Virus record (IMG/VR): IMGVR_UViG_3300010271_000143
Location: 1-34,756 of that record
DNA: 34,756 nucleotides
Direction: 5' to 3' (one strand)
Source: a virus
Lineage: Duplodnaviria > Caudoviricetes
Positions within the stretch are counted from its first letter, which is position 1; each line of letters opens with the position of its first letter. Both the position numbers and the translations under genes were made by a program. Shown piece after piece: positions 1 to 9,066 of the stretch. The notes beneath the pieces were generated by a model. It made no database searches and was not told where the DNA came from. It was given only the letters and a program-made list of their open reading frames with translations.

Positions 1-402
1 TTAAATGGTCATTTTTTCATAAACATGTGTTTTTAATAATTCATATTCGTCATCATCAAAAGTATCTAATTCATTAATTGGAGTAAACATTTCATCTACA
101 AGATTATTTTTATCATCCACAAAAAATTCCCATTTATAAATCCAATTTTTGCTATATATACCATACAATTTTGACAAATCCAAATACACATAATCCAATT
201 TAACAGTATTAAAATATTTCTTTAATTCATTATAAAAATATTGTGAATAATCTGTTGGATTATTATGCTCATCTGATTCTACTATTATATATCTTTTATT
301 ATTGATAGTTTCATATAAGATAATTGTAGCTGCCCCAAAAACATGATTATTTTCAGAAAATGTTATTTTACCACATTTTTTTTTCCAGCTTATATCTTTC
401 AT
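1..402 (-). CDS. rnlB: RnlB/LsoB-like antitoxin (likely start ATG 402, 133 aa; ORF track gives GTG 432)
   Basis: Small acidic protein directly downstream of the RnlA-like gene; segment NNPTDY..FYNELKK..YVYLDLSKLYG resembles the RnlB-family pattern; RBS GGAGTG upstream of ATG 402. Confidence 0.6.
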   Translation of the reverse strand: MKDISWKKKCGKITFSENNHVFGAATIILYETINNKRYIIVESDEHNNPTDYSQYFYNELKKYFNTVKLDYVYLDLSKLYGIYSKNWIYKWEFFVDDKNNLVDEMFTPINELDTFDDDEYELLKTHVYEKMTI

Positions 403-463
403 AATATTTATCACTCCACACATATTTGGCACCTACTTATTTTAAATTATATCCTTATTATAA

Positions 464-1552
464 CTATTTTATGATAGAATGAAAAGTATTTTTTATTATT
501 TCTAAGCTTTTATTATATCTATTAATAAAATCTTGGTAATTATCTACGATCATTCTAGGCTTTGGCCCACTATGATTCAGTGGATTTCTAGATACCCACA
601 TTTGATCGCAAAGAACAGATAATGCTTGTAATTGTTTCTTACGTTTTCCCTCATCTGACGATAGGTTGTCATGAAAGCAAGCTTTTAATTGTCTATCCAT
701 TTCAAATACACTTCCAAAATCCCACTGATTATTCATATCAATTTGTTTAACAATTCCCAACGTAATCAGAACTTTCTTAAAATATCCTTCCATCGCTTTT
801 AATACAGGACCTAATACAACCGAATAATCTGGCATTTTCATCTTTGAACTTACAATGCATTGTGCTGAAATCAATACATTTAAATCATGTGAATATAAAA
901 AGTTAGCAACTTCTTCTGATAGTGTATTTTTTACTATTGTCTGATTAAAATCAATATTCTTAATATCATCATCAGTTATCAAAGCATCATTCGTAAACCT
1001 CCGAATTATTTGACTTATTGGAACCTTTAATGTTCGCTCAACCAAATAACAGACATCTTCCCATAAATTATACTTCAAACCTACAATTTGTAAACTACCA
1101 TTATTAAATTGAATAACCGTAACACTTTCCTTCGAATCATTATTAATAATTTTTAAACGATAGGCTTCATTATTTGAACGTTTTTCTTCTTTTATTTGTA
1201 AATGACTAAATTCGCTATACAAAAGTTTTTTTATTTTATCAATTTCAAAAGTTTTTAGTCCTCTATAAGTAACACTACGATTTTCTACCTTTTCAATTTT
1301 TTCATAATTAACAAACTCATTGTATACTAGTTTATTTAAATTTTTATCTTTTCCAGCAGTATTATCAAGAGTTAATCCTCTTGCAGTTACATATATTCTA
1401 AGTAGTCCTTCTTTGGCTTTAGTATTAAGTTTGAAGTTATAAAGTTGAGGATTATTTACAGATCTATCAACAGAACAATTAATATTATATTTCTTGCATA
1501 TTTCTGTTAATACTTCAACACATTCATCAACTGTCATATTTATATTTTTCAC
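464..1552 (-). CDS. rnlA: RnlA/LsoA (RNase LS)-like HEPN endoribonuclease toxin
   Basis: 362 aa, similar in size to RnlA; N-terminal LRIYVTARGLTLDNTAGKDKNL motif, MPDYSVVLGPVLKAMEGYFKK (RNase LS-like) and C-terminal HEPN R-X4-H motif RNPLNH. Confidence 0.8.
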   Translation of the reverse strand: MKNINMTVDECVEVLTEICKKYNINCSVDRSVNNPQLYNFKLNTKAKEGLLRIYVTARGLTLDNTAGKDKNLNKLVYNEFVNYEKIEKVENRSVTYRGLKTFEIDKIKKLLYSEFSHLQIKEEKRSNNEAYRLKIINNDSKESVTVIQFNNGSLQIVGLKYNLWEDVCYLVERTLKVPISQIIRRFTNDALITDDDIKNIDFNQTIVKNTLSEEVANFLYSHDLNVLISAQCIVSSKMKMPDYSVVLGPVLKAMEGYFKKVLITLGIVKQIDMNNQWDFGSVFEMDRQLKACFHDNLSSDEGKRKKQLQALSVLCDQMWVSRNPLNHSGPKPRMIVDNYQDFINRYNKSLEIIKNTFHSIIK

Positions 1553-1617
1553 TATAAATGTTCCCCCTTAAAATACATTAATACAAAAAAATTCAAAATT
1601 ATTGAATACTAGTAATA

Positions 1618-1646
1618 TTATTCTCTATAAATAAATAAAATCCTTC
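1618..1646 (-). promoter_or_regulatory. sigmaH-type promoter for the rnlAB-like operon
   Basis: Minus strand GAAGGATTT-N11-AGAGAATAA matches the sigmaH consensus RNAGGAWWW-N11/12-RNNGAATWW. Confidence 0.65.
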
Positions 1647-1689
1647 ATTATTTCACATTTTTGTATTCCTAATTAAATCTACATTTTAA

Positions 1690-1720
1690 ACAAAAAAACA
1701 AGGGCAGCCGAAGCCGCCCT
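1690..1720 (-). terminator. Intrinsic terminator after the endolysin
   Basis: Minus strand AGGGCGGC-TTCG-GCTGCCCT followed by TGTTTTTTTG. Confidence 0.85.
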
Positions 1721-1769
1721 ATTTCTTATAATTGTATATCTTCTCAACCAAATTTGTGTTAGAAATTTC

Positions 1770-2642
1770 TTAGCCTATATAATCACCAATTTTTATCAAT
1801 AACCAGAATACATCTGTATCCTGATTAGCCTTTTGTCTCCACAAATCAACATTACTGATAATACTCCAATGATTTAAAACATTTAAACAATAATTGAAAT
1901 CTCGTCCCATAGGATTTTTAACGCTACCACCATTTTTCATAATGTAAATATAAGCCTTCTTTAATAACCAAGCTACATCGGAATCAGCATATGCTTTTGC
2001 ATTCCAGTATTCTTTATTTGAAATTATATTTCTCCATAAAAATTCCTGAGTACAATCTTCGATAGTAGGTACATATTCTTGTGAAATATATTTAATATTT
2101 AGATATTCACAAATACCTTTAAGAATCGCCTCGGCAAAGTCATTTTGTCTGGTAGCTAATTTATTAGCATCATTTGCATTGGAAATAAATGCAGTTTCTA
2201 CTAAAATTGCAGGCATATTTGTCGAACGTAAAACTTTAAAATTTTCAACTTTTATACCACGGTCACGTGTTTTAAGGTCAGCAACAATGTGATTTTGTAC
2301 AACTCTAGCCAATTGCTCTGCTTTACCACATAAAGCATATACCCATGTTTCTGTTCCATTAGCAGTTACATCAGAATGTCCATTACAATGAACACTCACA
2401 AAGTAATCTGCTCTAGCATTATTTGCTATATCGCAACGTTTTTGTAGCGAAGAATTTACATCATATCCTAGATTAGTTTCTTTCGTAGGACGAGTTTCAA
2501 CAGTTTCAAATCCGTGGTCACGTAATCTTTTAGCCAACTGGTGCGCAATAGCAAATGTTACGTCTTGCTCTCTTAGACCATTACCTGCTCTCCCAGTATC
2601 ATATCCTGAATTGTTATGCCCAGCGTCTATACAAAACTTCAT
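1770..2642 (-). CDS. Endolysin, N-acetylmuramoyl-L-alanine amidase (Amidase_3) with a duplicated C-terminal putative cell-wall-binding repeat
   Basis: IDAGH..E, SVHCN and ILVETAFISN zinc-amidase motifs; two C-terminal repeats IISNKEYWNAKA..DSDVAWLL / IISNVDLWRQKA..DTDVFWLL. Confidence 0.95.
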   Translation of the reverse strand: MKFCIDAGHNNSGYDTGRAGNGLREQDVTFAIAHQLAKRLRDHGFETVETRPTKETNLGYDVNSSLQKRCDIANNARADYFVSVHCNGHSDVTANGTETWVYALCGKAEQLARVVQNHIVADLKTRDRGIKVENFKVLRSTNMPAILVETAFISNANDANKLATRQNDFAEAILKGICEYLNIKYISQEYVPTIEDCTQEFLWRNIISNKEYWNAKAYADSDVAWLLKKAYIYIMKNGGSVKNPMGRDFNYCLNVLNHWSIISNVDLWRQKANQDTDVFWLLIKIGDYIG

Positions 2643-2644
2643 TC

Positions 2645-2902
2645 CTAATCCCTCTTTTCGGTCTGTTTTATCAACTGATTAGTAAAAACGGCCCCGCCTG
2701 CCGCCAGCGCACCTTGAATAATTGCTTCGACTGAAAATCCCATTAAACCTATTGCCAATGCTACGCCAACTGCTAACAATATCCATGGAATACACCAGTC
2801 AAAAATTCTTGGGGTTTGTTTCAAAAACACGCCCACTATATAAATAACCGGTACCAAAACATATACATTTTCACTTATGAATTCTAATACATCCATAATC
2901 AA
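2645..2902 (-). CDS. Phage holin
   Basis: 85 aa with hydrophobic helices, LVPVIYIVGVFLK..IPWILL..IIQG..NQLIKQ pattern typical of clostridial phage holins; immediately upstream of the lysin. Confidence 0.9.
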   Translation of the reverse strand: MIMDVLEFISENVYVLVPVIYIVGVFLKQTPRIFDWCIPWILLAVGVALAIGLMGFSVEAIIQGALAAGGAVFTNQLIKQTEKRD

Positions 2903-3117
2903 AACACTCTCCTTTCCAAATCCTCTATACGGTGATTAGCAACTTTCATTTTTTCTTCTAAAATATAAGTCCTTTCGATAATTGAATTGTGTTTATCTAC
3001 TTTCTTTTCCAGTTCTTTAAGTCGGTAGTTAGTAAGCTTGCTGCTTGCCATTATTCCACCTAAGGAACCTATTACTGTTCCAGCAAAAGCTATTAATGCT
3101 ACAATTATTTCATTCAT
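2899..3117 (-). CDS. Small lysis-cassette membrane protein (N-terminal TM plus coiled coil)
   Basis: N-terminal hydrophobic helix, YRLKELEKKVDKHN..KVANHRIEDLE coiled coil; overlaps the holin start. Confidence 0.75.
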   Translation of the reverse strand: MNEIIVALIAFAGTVIGSLGGIMASSKLTNYRLKELEKKVDKHNSIIERTYILEEKMKVANHRIEDLERRVF

Positions 3118-3137
3118 GCTGCCTTCCTCCCTAATGA

Positions 3138-3170
3138 AAATTAAGCAGGAGCAAAATAAATCACTCCTGC
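3138..3170 (-). terminator. Probable terminator between tail and lysis genes
   Basis: GCAGGAG-N12-CTCCTGC hairpin followed on the minus strand by TTAATTTT. Confidence 0.5.
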
Positions 3171-3201
3171 CGTTTAACTATTCAGAGTATGAAGTTGTTT
3201 A

Positions 3202-3528
3202 TTATTCTTCCGCCTCCCCTTCCGGAAGAACATCTTCTTCATCAGCTGTTTCCTCTTCTGTTTCTTTATTTAAATCCTCTGTTGGCTCTTCCGTTTCATC
3301 CTCTTCAGTATCATTTTCAATTTCTTCTGATGTCTCTGTGTCTGTATTCTCTTCTCCTGAACCTTCATCTATAGAGTCATTAATTTCACCATCTGTCTCC
3401 GTTTCTGGCTTTGCTAATATCTGTTGACAGTCTTCCTCACTAATTAAGCCGGCAATAACTGCATTTCTTACTCTTTCTTCAGAAATCTTCCCTGTATCAT
3501 ATAATCTTTTTAGTATAATGCTCCACAT
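3202..3528 (-). CDS. XkdX-like protein with a ~65-aa highly acidic C-terminal extension
   Basis: N-terminal 40 aa (LKRLYDTGKISEERVRNAVIAGLISEEDCQQIL) fit the XkdX pattern; the rest is E/D/T-rich. Confidence 0.7.
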   Translation of the reverse strand: MWSIILKRLYDTGKISEERVRNAVIAGLISEEDCQQILAKPETETDGEINDSIDEGSGEENTDTETSEEIENDTEEDETEEPTEDLNKETEEETADEEDVLPEGEAEE

Positions 3529-3531
3529 TTA

Positions 3532-3858
3532 TTACACCCCCATCATATCTAGCATCGCTAATGCCAATGTGTCAATTTGTTCCTGCAATAAATCTTCCTT
3601 TGTTGGAATATCTGGCGCACTTAACTTTGCTTCTGCCTCATCAATAGATTCAGCTACTATTGACTCAGCTTTTAACCTTATTGCTTCATCCGGCTGTTCA
3701 ACTTCTACAACATCAAACTCTATCCGTTCAGATGCCAACTGACTTACCCAGAAATCCTTTTCTTGCTCTGAAAAGCAAATGTGAGTTTCATCTTTCGTTA
3801 TAACTTCATGAGTTGCAAAAACTATTTTATTGCCTTGCAATCCTATAATCATCGGCAT
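3532..3858 (-). CDS. Tail fibre-associated small protein (XkdW-position chaperone-like)
   Basis: C-terminal PTKEDLLQEQIDTLALAMLDMMGV motif typical of genes between a tail fibre and XkdX. Confidence 0.6.
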   Translation of the reverse strand: MPMIIGLQGNKIVFATHEVITKDETHICFSEQEKDFWVSQLASERIEFDVVEVEQPDEAIRLKAESIVAESIDEAEAKLSAPDIPTKEDLLQEQIDTLALAMLDMMGV

Positions 3859-3866
3859 TTCCCTCC

Positions 3867-4739
3867 TTATGACCTATTGGATGACGTTGTTATGGACCCG
3901 GTACCTGAAACTGTTGGTGACTTACCGTAGCAGTCATTATTTGCCACCCTAGAATAATTTCCTGAACTATAAATGCTTTGAGTTGTACAATTTCTTGTCA
4001 TATTCATTTGAATATCAGCATACGTACTTAAATTATATATACCGTTCACGCAATTTCTCACTTTGTTCATGTGAATCATTGAATTAGTACCGCTTGCCAA
4101 GTAAATACCAAAGGTACAATTCACCAGCAAATTCTTAAATACTTTCGCATCATTACCTGAAAGGTAAAGCCCGTATCCATTAGTTACTGCATTCATAACT
4201 GTTACATTAGTTACTAATATATCATTACATGAAAGTAGCCTTATACCGGTGACATTATTAGCGTTTGTATTACCATTACAATCAATCCTTATACCTTCTA
4301 TCCTCATTCCTGTTTTAGCATTTGCATAGAACATATTGCATTTTTTACCGGCCTGTATGGTATTTGTATCAAGCTTTATATTAGCATTGAATCCAATAAT
4401 AGAAATGTTGTCCTCCAACTCTACCAAATTAAATACTCCATCGACTTCAGTGACCCCATCTTTATTAAAAAAGTAATCACCTGGCATTAACAAGATTGTA
4501 CCGCCTGCAGTTCCATTTAATTTAATTCTATTAATAGCCAATCTAAGTTGTTCTTGGTCGCCTACAGCATCACATATAAAATCCGCTTTTTCCTTATTGA
4601 ACGAATTTACTGCCGCCACTATTACAAATCCATCAGTGACCAAGTCATCTAATTTATCAAAATTCTCATTGATAACCGCTATATCTTTTTTATCCGTATA
4701 TTCAGGCTTTTTTAATTTCTTTTTCACCGTTGTTAGCAT
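3867..4739 (-). CDS. Tail spike/fibre with a right-handed parallel beta-helix (pectin lyase-like, putative depolymerase)
   Basis: Phage fibre N-terminus LKKPEYTD..DIAVINENFDKLD; GGTILLMPGDY motif; repeated N-x-GIYL/N-C beta-helix turns. Confidence 0.8.
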   Translation of the reverse strand: MLTTVKKKLKKPEYTDKKDIAVINENFDKLDDLVTDGFVIVAAVNSFNKEKADFICDAVGDQEQLRLAINRIKLNGTAGGTILLMPGDYFFNKDGVTEVDGVFNLVELEDNISIIGFNANIKLDTNTIQAGKKCNMFYANAKTGMRIEGIRIDCNGNTNANNVTGIRLLSCNDILVTNVTVMNAVTNGYGLYLSGNDAKVFKNLLVNCTFGIYLASGTNSMIHMNKVRNCVNGIYNLSTYADIQMNMTRNCTTQSIYSSGNYSRVANNDCYGKSPTVSGTGSITTSSNRS

Positions 4740-4750
4740 CCATATCCCTC

Positions 4751-5707
4751 CTAATTTTCAAATTCAAACGATTCGTTCGTTGCTAAAGGATACCATTTCC
4801 CCAATTGCCAACTGGATACAACATTATCAGGAATAGCATTTGCCGGTACGAAATATCCTGAATTGTTAGCCAGGTAAACATTATACCATTTACCTCCCAT
4901 TTTGAAGTTTAATATGTTTCCTCCATTTTGCATTGATTGAATGATATTTTCCGGTGTAAGAGCGGAAGATGCTAAATTATATACGTCCCTTCCTATCATT
5001 ATTGAATTATCTTCTATTTCATCTTTTCTTGCCCGATACTTTTCTATTGCTATCTCTTGTTCATATGCGCTTTCAAAGCCTTCTCCGCCTATCTTAAGGA
5101 TATATGATTTTCCTAAATACTGATTTGATAATCTGAATCTAAATAAAAAGCTCCCACTCTCTGCGGTTTCGGTCTGATTGATATACCGAATTCCTTGTGG
5201 AAAAGGCAATTCTTTATCGTGCAATAAAATTGTTATTTGACGCTTCCCTGGCTCATTTACACTTCCAAAAACACTTATTAAGCCATTTTGATTCATTACC
5301 ACTACATTTTTTGCATTAGCTGCTTTTACTTCTGCTTCTTTTTTCACGCGTATATCCATTGTTCCATCCTCTTTTAACTTACCTGCCCCTACGACCTCTA
5401 AGCCCCGATACAAAGCAACTTGTACTTTATGAATTGGTTGGAATATAACTGGTATGCTCATAATTCCTTGATTTAACATTGAAATTTCACCAATGGTGGC
5501 ATCATTCACGACTATCTGCCAATAATCAATATGAGCTTCATCAGGAACTTTAATTTCTAATAAACTGCTTACATCGGTCTTTTGTGTAAGCGTCCAATGG
5601 CCTTGATATACGTCAACCTTCTCTCCATTTAAGAAGAGGCCTGCTATAAAAACTAATATTGCCGCCACACCTCCGGCTACTGTCTTTTTAACTTTGTTGT
5701 TATCCAT
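4751..5707 (-). CDS. Membrane-anchored/secreted multidomain protein resembling clostridial cell-surface proteins
   Basis: N-terminal basic plus hydrophobic signal/TM; Ig-like middle domain (YINQTETAESGSFLFRF..YILKIGGEG); C-terminal DNSIMIG..YNL..NFKMGGKWYN domain. Confidence 0.6.
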   Translation of the reverse strand: MDNNKVKKTVAGGVAAILVFIAGLFLNGEKVDVYQGHWTLTQKTDVSSLLEIKVPDEAHIDYWQIVVNDATIGEISMLNQGIMSIPVIFQPIHKVQVALYRGLEVVGAGKLKEDGTMDIRVKKEAEVKAANAKNVVVMNQNGLISVFGSVNEPGKRQITILLHDKELPFPQGIRYINQTETAESGSFLFRFRLSNQYLGKSYILKIGGEGFESAYEQEIAIEKYRARKDEIEDNSIMIGRDVYNLASSALTPENIIQSMQNGGNILNFKMGGKWYNVYLANNSGYFVPANAIPDNVVSSWQLGKWYPLATNESFEFEN

Positions 5708-5719
5708 CTGTCATCCTCC

Positions 5720-6541
5720 TTATCTGATTAATATGCCATATCCAGATCCATTGCTAAGTGTCATGGCATGAAATCCGGCTTCCAATCTATGTATACCTGT
5801 CTCCAAGTCTTGGCCCCAAGTTTGTTCACTCCCCCATGGCTCAAACAAACTATCCAGCCAGTTTTCATCCGGATTCGGTGGGTTAGCAGTATCCCATGCC
5901 CTAATTGCAAGATTATTAATTCCACTTAACAATGCTTGATTTACCCTTATTGCATTTGCTATTGGAGTTACATCTGACATTCTTACTCCATTTGAGTATA
6001 AGGCCCAATGTGTAACATTATAAGCTGCAAAAGGTTTAATAAAGATATCCGATGTCATTCCTGATACCACCGAAATGATTGTAAATGAGCCACATGGCAT
6101 AATTGCGGTTTTCTCAACGATAGCCGCTATGGCCGGATACTGATCACTGGCCTTTAAGTTTGCAGAGCTATCAATATCAGCGCGAACTGTCGCACTGATA
6201 GCCGGTGTAGTAATTCTGCTTTCAATCCCATCATAGATATACAATTCAAAGTATAACAGACCGGGTACTGCAATAGCGTCAGTTTTTATAATATATTCGC
6301 ACTCACCCTGTTCAGCATTTGTAATGACAACATCATCATCTACATACGCTGTTCCATTTGCTCTCCGGAACCCTATCAAAATCTTCTTTCCAAGCAATGA
6401 TTTTGGCTCTTCATTATCAAAAATTTTAAAAATTACTTTATATGCATTCTTGTCACCAGATACAAAATAACAGCCTTTCCCTATAACATCCTTTACCTTT
6501 CGCGTAAAAATATCCAGTTCAAATACATTTGGTGTTCTCAA
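5720..6541 (-). CDS. BppU-family baseplate upper protein / receptor-binding adaptor (likely start TTG 6541; ORF track 6559)
   Basis: FVSGDKNAYKVIFKI..GFRRANG..ITNAEQGECEYII..PGLLYFELYIYD is a BppU N-terminal pattern; RBS AAAGGGGAG 6 nt before the TTG. Confidence 0.8.
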   Translation of the reverse strand: MRTPNVFELDIFTRKVKDVIGKGCYFVSGDKNAYKVIFKIFDNEEPKSLLGKKILIGFRRANGTAYVDDDVVITNAEQGECEYIIKTDAIAVPGLLYFELYIYDGIESRITTPAISATVRADIDSSANLKASDQYPAIAAIVEKTAIMPCGSFTIISVVSGMTSDIFIKPFAAYNVTHWALYSNGVRMSDVTPIANAIRVNQALLSGINNLAIRAWDTANPPNPDENWLDSLFEPWGSEQTWGQDLETGIHRLEAGFHAMTLSNGSGYGILIR

Positions 6542-6569
6542 GGTGATCTCCCCTTTCATTATTTAATAA

Positions 6570-6600
6570 TAAAAAAAGAAGCGCTGATTAAAGCACTTCT
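6570..6600 (-). terminator. Intrinsic terminator inside the tail gene cluster
   Basis: Minus strand AGAAGTGCT-TTAATC-AGCGCTTCT followed by a T-run. Confidence 0.75.
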
Positions 6601-6935
6601 AAAAGTCCATATTTTTGTTTCTGTTCACGTCCCCAAGCTCTGCACTCTTCGACATACTGATTATATGCTATAAACTCTTCATTTTGTGGATTTAAAATTC
6701 CAAGTCTCAGCATTTTAAACTCTTCATTTTCATCCGGATATCTTTCACGAATTTTAGCGACAACTTGTCGGTCAATACTTTCTTCTGTGACTGGTTCCGG
6801 TTCCGTCTCCTTATCAAAAGTCAAAATTGCTCTATCTTTAAAAAATTCTTCTTGAACCACCCTCTCATGCCTTTCTACAGCTTCTTTAATCAGAACTTTT
6901 CTCTCTTCCAAAGTTTTATATTCCACAGTCCTCAT
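6588..6935 (-). CDS. Putative tail fibre assembly chaperone
   Basis: IRERYPDENEEFKMLR..EFIAYNQYVEECRAWG motif seen in small genes following tail fibres; position. Confidence 0.55.
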   Translation of the reverse strand: MRTVEYKTLEERKVLIKEAVERHERVVQEEFFKDRAILTFDKETEPEPVTEESIDRQVVAKIRERYPDENEEFKMLRLGILNPQNEEFIAYNQYVEECRAWGREQKQKYGLLEVL

Positions 6936-6944
6936 TATACCACC

Positions 6945-8021
6945 TCACTTCAATTCCATATCCTCCATATATGCCCTTAAATTTCTTATACCACCAATTA
7001 CAATATCTCCATATCTATAGCTTCTATACCAGTTATAAATAATTTTAAATGTTACAGATGCACCTGGATTAATTACTATTGAATCAGTAGTAAATACTGC
7101 CTCTTGCCACGCATATGGACTATATGGGCTAGTTGTATGAAGTATTTCTCCGGTATTAACATTCACTAAAGAAAAATCAAAATTTGCTTGCTCTTCCCAC
7201 ATATCAAATGTTATCTTTAAAAATCTCTTTTTATAGCTAGGGCTTACTATAAGTCTCATATTAAACTCACCTGTGCCACTAGCATTTTCATATTGCAACC
7301 CTTTGTTATGCTTCTCTTCTGACAAATTACTTGCTTCAAGCGTATAGATTATGCTTCCATTTGCATCTCTTTTAGCAACAAATCGATAAAAATCACTTGC
7401 ATGATAATTATCAAGCGTGTCAGCATCACCAGTTATCGATGCCGGCAACTTGCCTTGTGCATTTAGCCTTAATATCTTATTAGCCTGTGGCACTGTTACG
7501 ATATCATCATTATTTGGCACATAATACGGTACTGCCTTGCCACAAACATTTATATCATCACGTTCATCTGTTATAGCAGATTGAGATATGCTTGTTACCC
7601 CTGCAGCAACATATATTTGAGCCAAACTTATTTCATATATTTGACTTGTTCGTGTGAGTGCCGGTGCAGCAGGATTGGATGCAGGAGTTCCTTGTATTAT
7701 TAAAGCTTCAATTACTCTGTTCATTACTACATCAAGCCTTAGTACTACTCTGTCTATTCTATTCAGTGTTGCATCAGCTGCGTTAATTGTTAGTACTTTA
7801 TTGCTATCATTCTTATACCAATATCCGTTTATCCATGCCTGGCCGGATTTCACTTCAACAGTCATCCCTGCCGGATCAGTAGATGTTACTTGTAATTCAT
7901 TGCCTACTTCCGGAAAATAACCGTTTTTAAAAATTCTACTAAATACTTCCGCAAATTCTATTTGATTATATTGTCTTGTATCACCCGCTTTACTGCCAAA
8001 AAACCTATATTGTTCTGCCAT
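6945..8021 (-). CDS. Baseplate/tail fibre protein with a variable C-terminal receptor-binding domain
   Basis: FF.S..GDTRQY..EFAEVF, VKSGQAWINGYWY, RIDRVVLRLD, YEISLAQI..ITDER motifs of siphovirus minor tail proteins; DADTLDNYHASDF fibre motif; divergent C-terminus. Confidence 0.8.
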   Translation of the reverse strand: MAEQYRFFGSKAGDTRQYNQIEFAEVFSRIFKNGYFPEVGNELQVTSTDPAGMTVEVKSGQAWINGYWYKNDSNKVLTINAADATLNRIDRVVLRLDVVMNRVIEALIIQGTPASNPAAPALTRTSQIYEISLAQIYVAAGVTSISQSAITDERDDINVCGKAVPYYVPNNDDIVTVPQANKILRLNAQGKLPASITGDADTLDNYHASDFYRFVAKRDANGSIIYTLEASNLSEEKHNKGLQYENASGTGEFNMRLIVSPSYKKRFLKITFDMWEEQANFDFSLVNVNTGEILHTTSPYSPYAWQEAVFTTDSIVINPGASVTFKIIYNWYRSYRYGDIVIGGIRNLRAYMEDMELK

Positions 8022-9064
8022 TACTTATATACCTCCTGCAATACATTTTTTCTATCTCGCTTAATCAGACTTACCAAGTCCGGTATCTCTTTGCCCGCCT
8101 CAATTTTCAATTCATAGCCTTTGTCAGAATAATCTTCCGTGGCAGATATTATTCTTGTATGCATTGTTGCATAATCGCTTACAACCGTTATGATATCGCC
8201 GACATTGTAATCTTTTTCATAAACAAAACTTTTATTTTCCTGTACTACATCAAACGTTAACGAAATTTCCTCTTTTACTTCTGCAAGCTTTTCTTCTCCT
8301 CTTTGAATTAGTAGCGAGTCATCTTCAATATCTCTTGCATCTACAAATATTTCTCTCCTGCTTAATCCAGTTGCTGTACCTACTTCTACGACTGCTCTTT
8401 CTGCCGCTTCACCTTGTCCTGCTACAATCGCCACGTTTTTGCTCTGCTGTCTATTGTGAATAAATTCAAGATTACTAATATTATCAAATCTTTCCGAAAA
8501 AATAACGGGACTATTTTCTGATTGATTTGTACTTAAATCTTTTCCTTGCAATACATTTAATACAAATTGTTTGTTTTCAAATGTGCACTTATATCCTAAT
8601 CCACTTGCAATACATAATTCTGTTATTAACTCTTGCAATATGTTAAACCTTGCTTGTGTAGTTGTAGAATCACCACGATTATAATTAATCCCAAGCGTGA
8701 TTAAATCTGTATTATTGCTAATATAATGATGTATTGCTGATTCATAATTTCCTGTAAAAACATCATATCCGGTTCCGGTAGAAACTCCATATTTGCAAAT
8801 CGTATTCTGCATTATATAACTTGCAACATCAATTGTTTGAATTTCAATCGTATCTAAGGTACCTTTAAAATAAGTAATAACATAAGGGCATTTTTTATGA
8901 ACCAAAAAATTATCTATGTTAACAAGTTGTGAATTTCGTTTTTGTTTCGCTATTGACATATTTAATTTATTTGCAGCTCTATAATTGGTTTGCACTGAGA
9001 GTGTATCAAAATCATCTATAATACCTATAAAATTTAAGTTTTTATCATAAACTTTAATCTCCAT
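8021..9064 (-). CDS. Siphovirus ReqiPepy6 Gp37-like tail hub (Tal) protein (likely start ATG 9064)
   Basis: KNVAIVAGQGE..R, GLSRREIFVDARD, YEKDYNVGDIITV motifs; follows Dit. Confidence 0.88.
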   Translation of the reverse strand: MEIKVYDKNLNFIGIIDDFDTLSVQTNYRAANKLNMSIAKQKRNSQLVNIDNFLVHKKCPYVITYFKGTLDTIEIQTIDVASYIMQNTICKYGVSTGTGYDVFTGNYESAIHHYISNNTDLITLGINYNRGDSTTTQARFNILQELITELCIASGLGYKCTFENKQFVLNVLQGKDLSTNQSENSPVIFSERFDNISNLEFIHNRQQSKNVAIVAGQGEAAERAVVEVGTATGLSRREIFVDARDIEDDSLLIQRGEEKLAEVKEEISLTFDVVQENKSFVYEKDYNVGDIITVVSDYATMHTRIISATEDYSDKGYELKIEAGKEIPDLVSLIKRDRKNVLQEVYK

Positions 9065-9066
9065 GT

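Noticed and set aside
3038-3427. Serine-rich 129-aa plus-strand ORF
   Set aside because: Antisense shadow of the Glu-rich XkdX tail (GAA codons read as TTC/TCT); no RBS.
3867-8021. Diversity-generating retroelement or invertible tail-fibre shufflon
   Set aside because: No reverse transcriptase or invertase in the window, and no TR/VR-like nucleotide duplication or inverted cassettes were noticed by eye.
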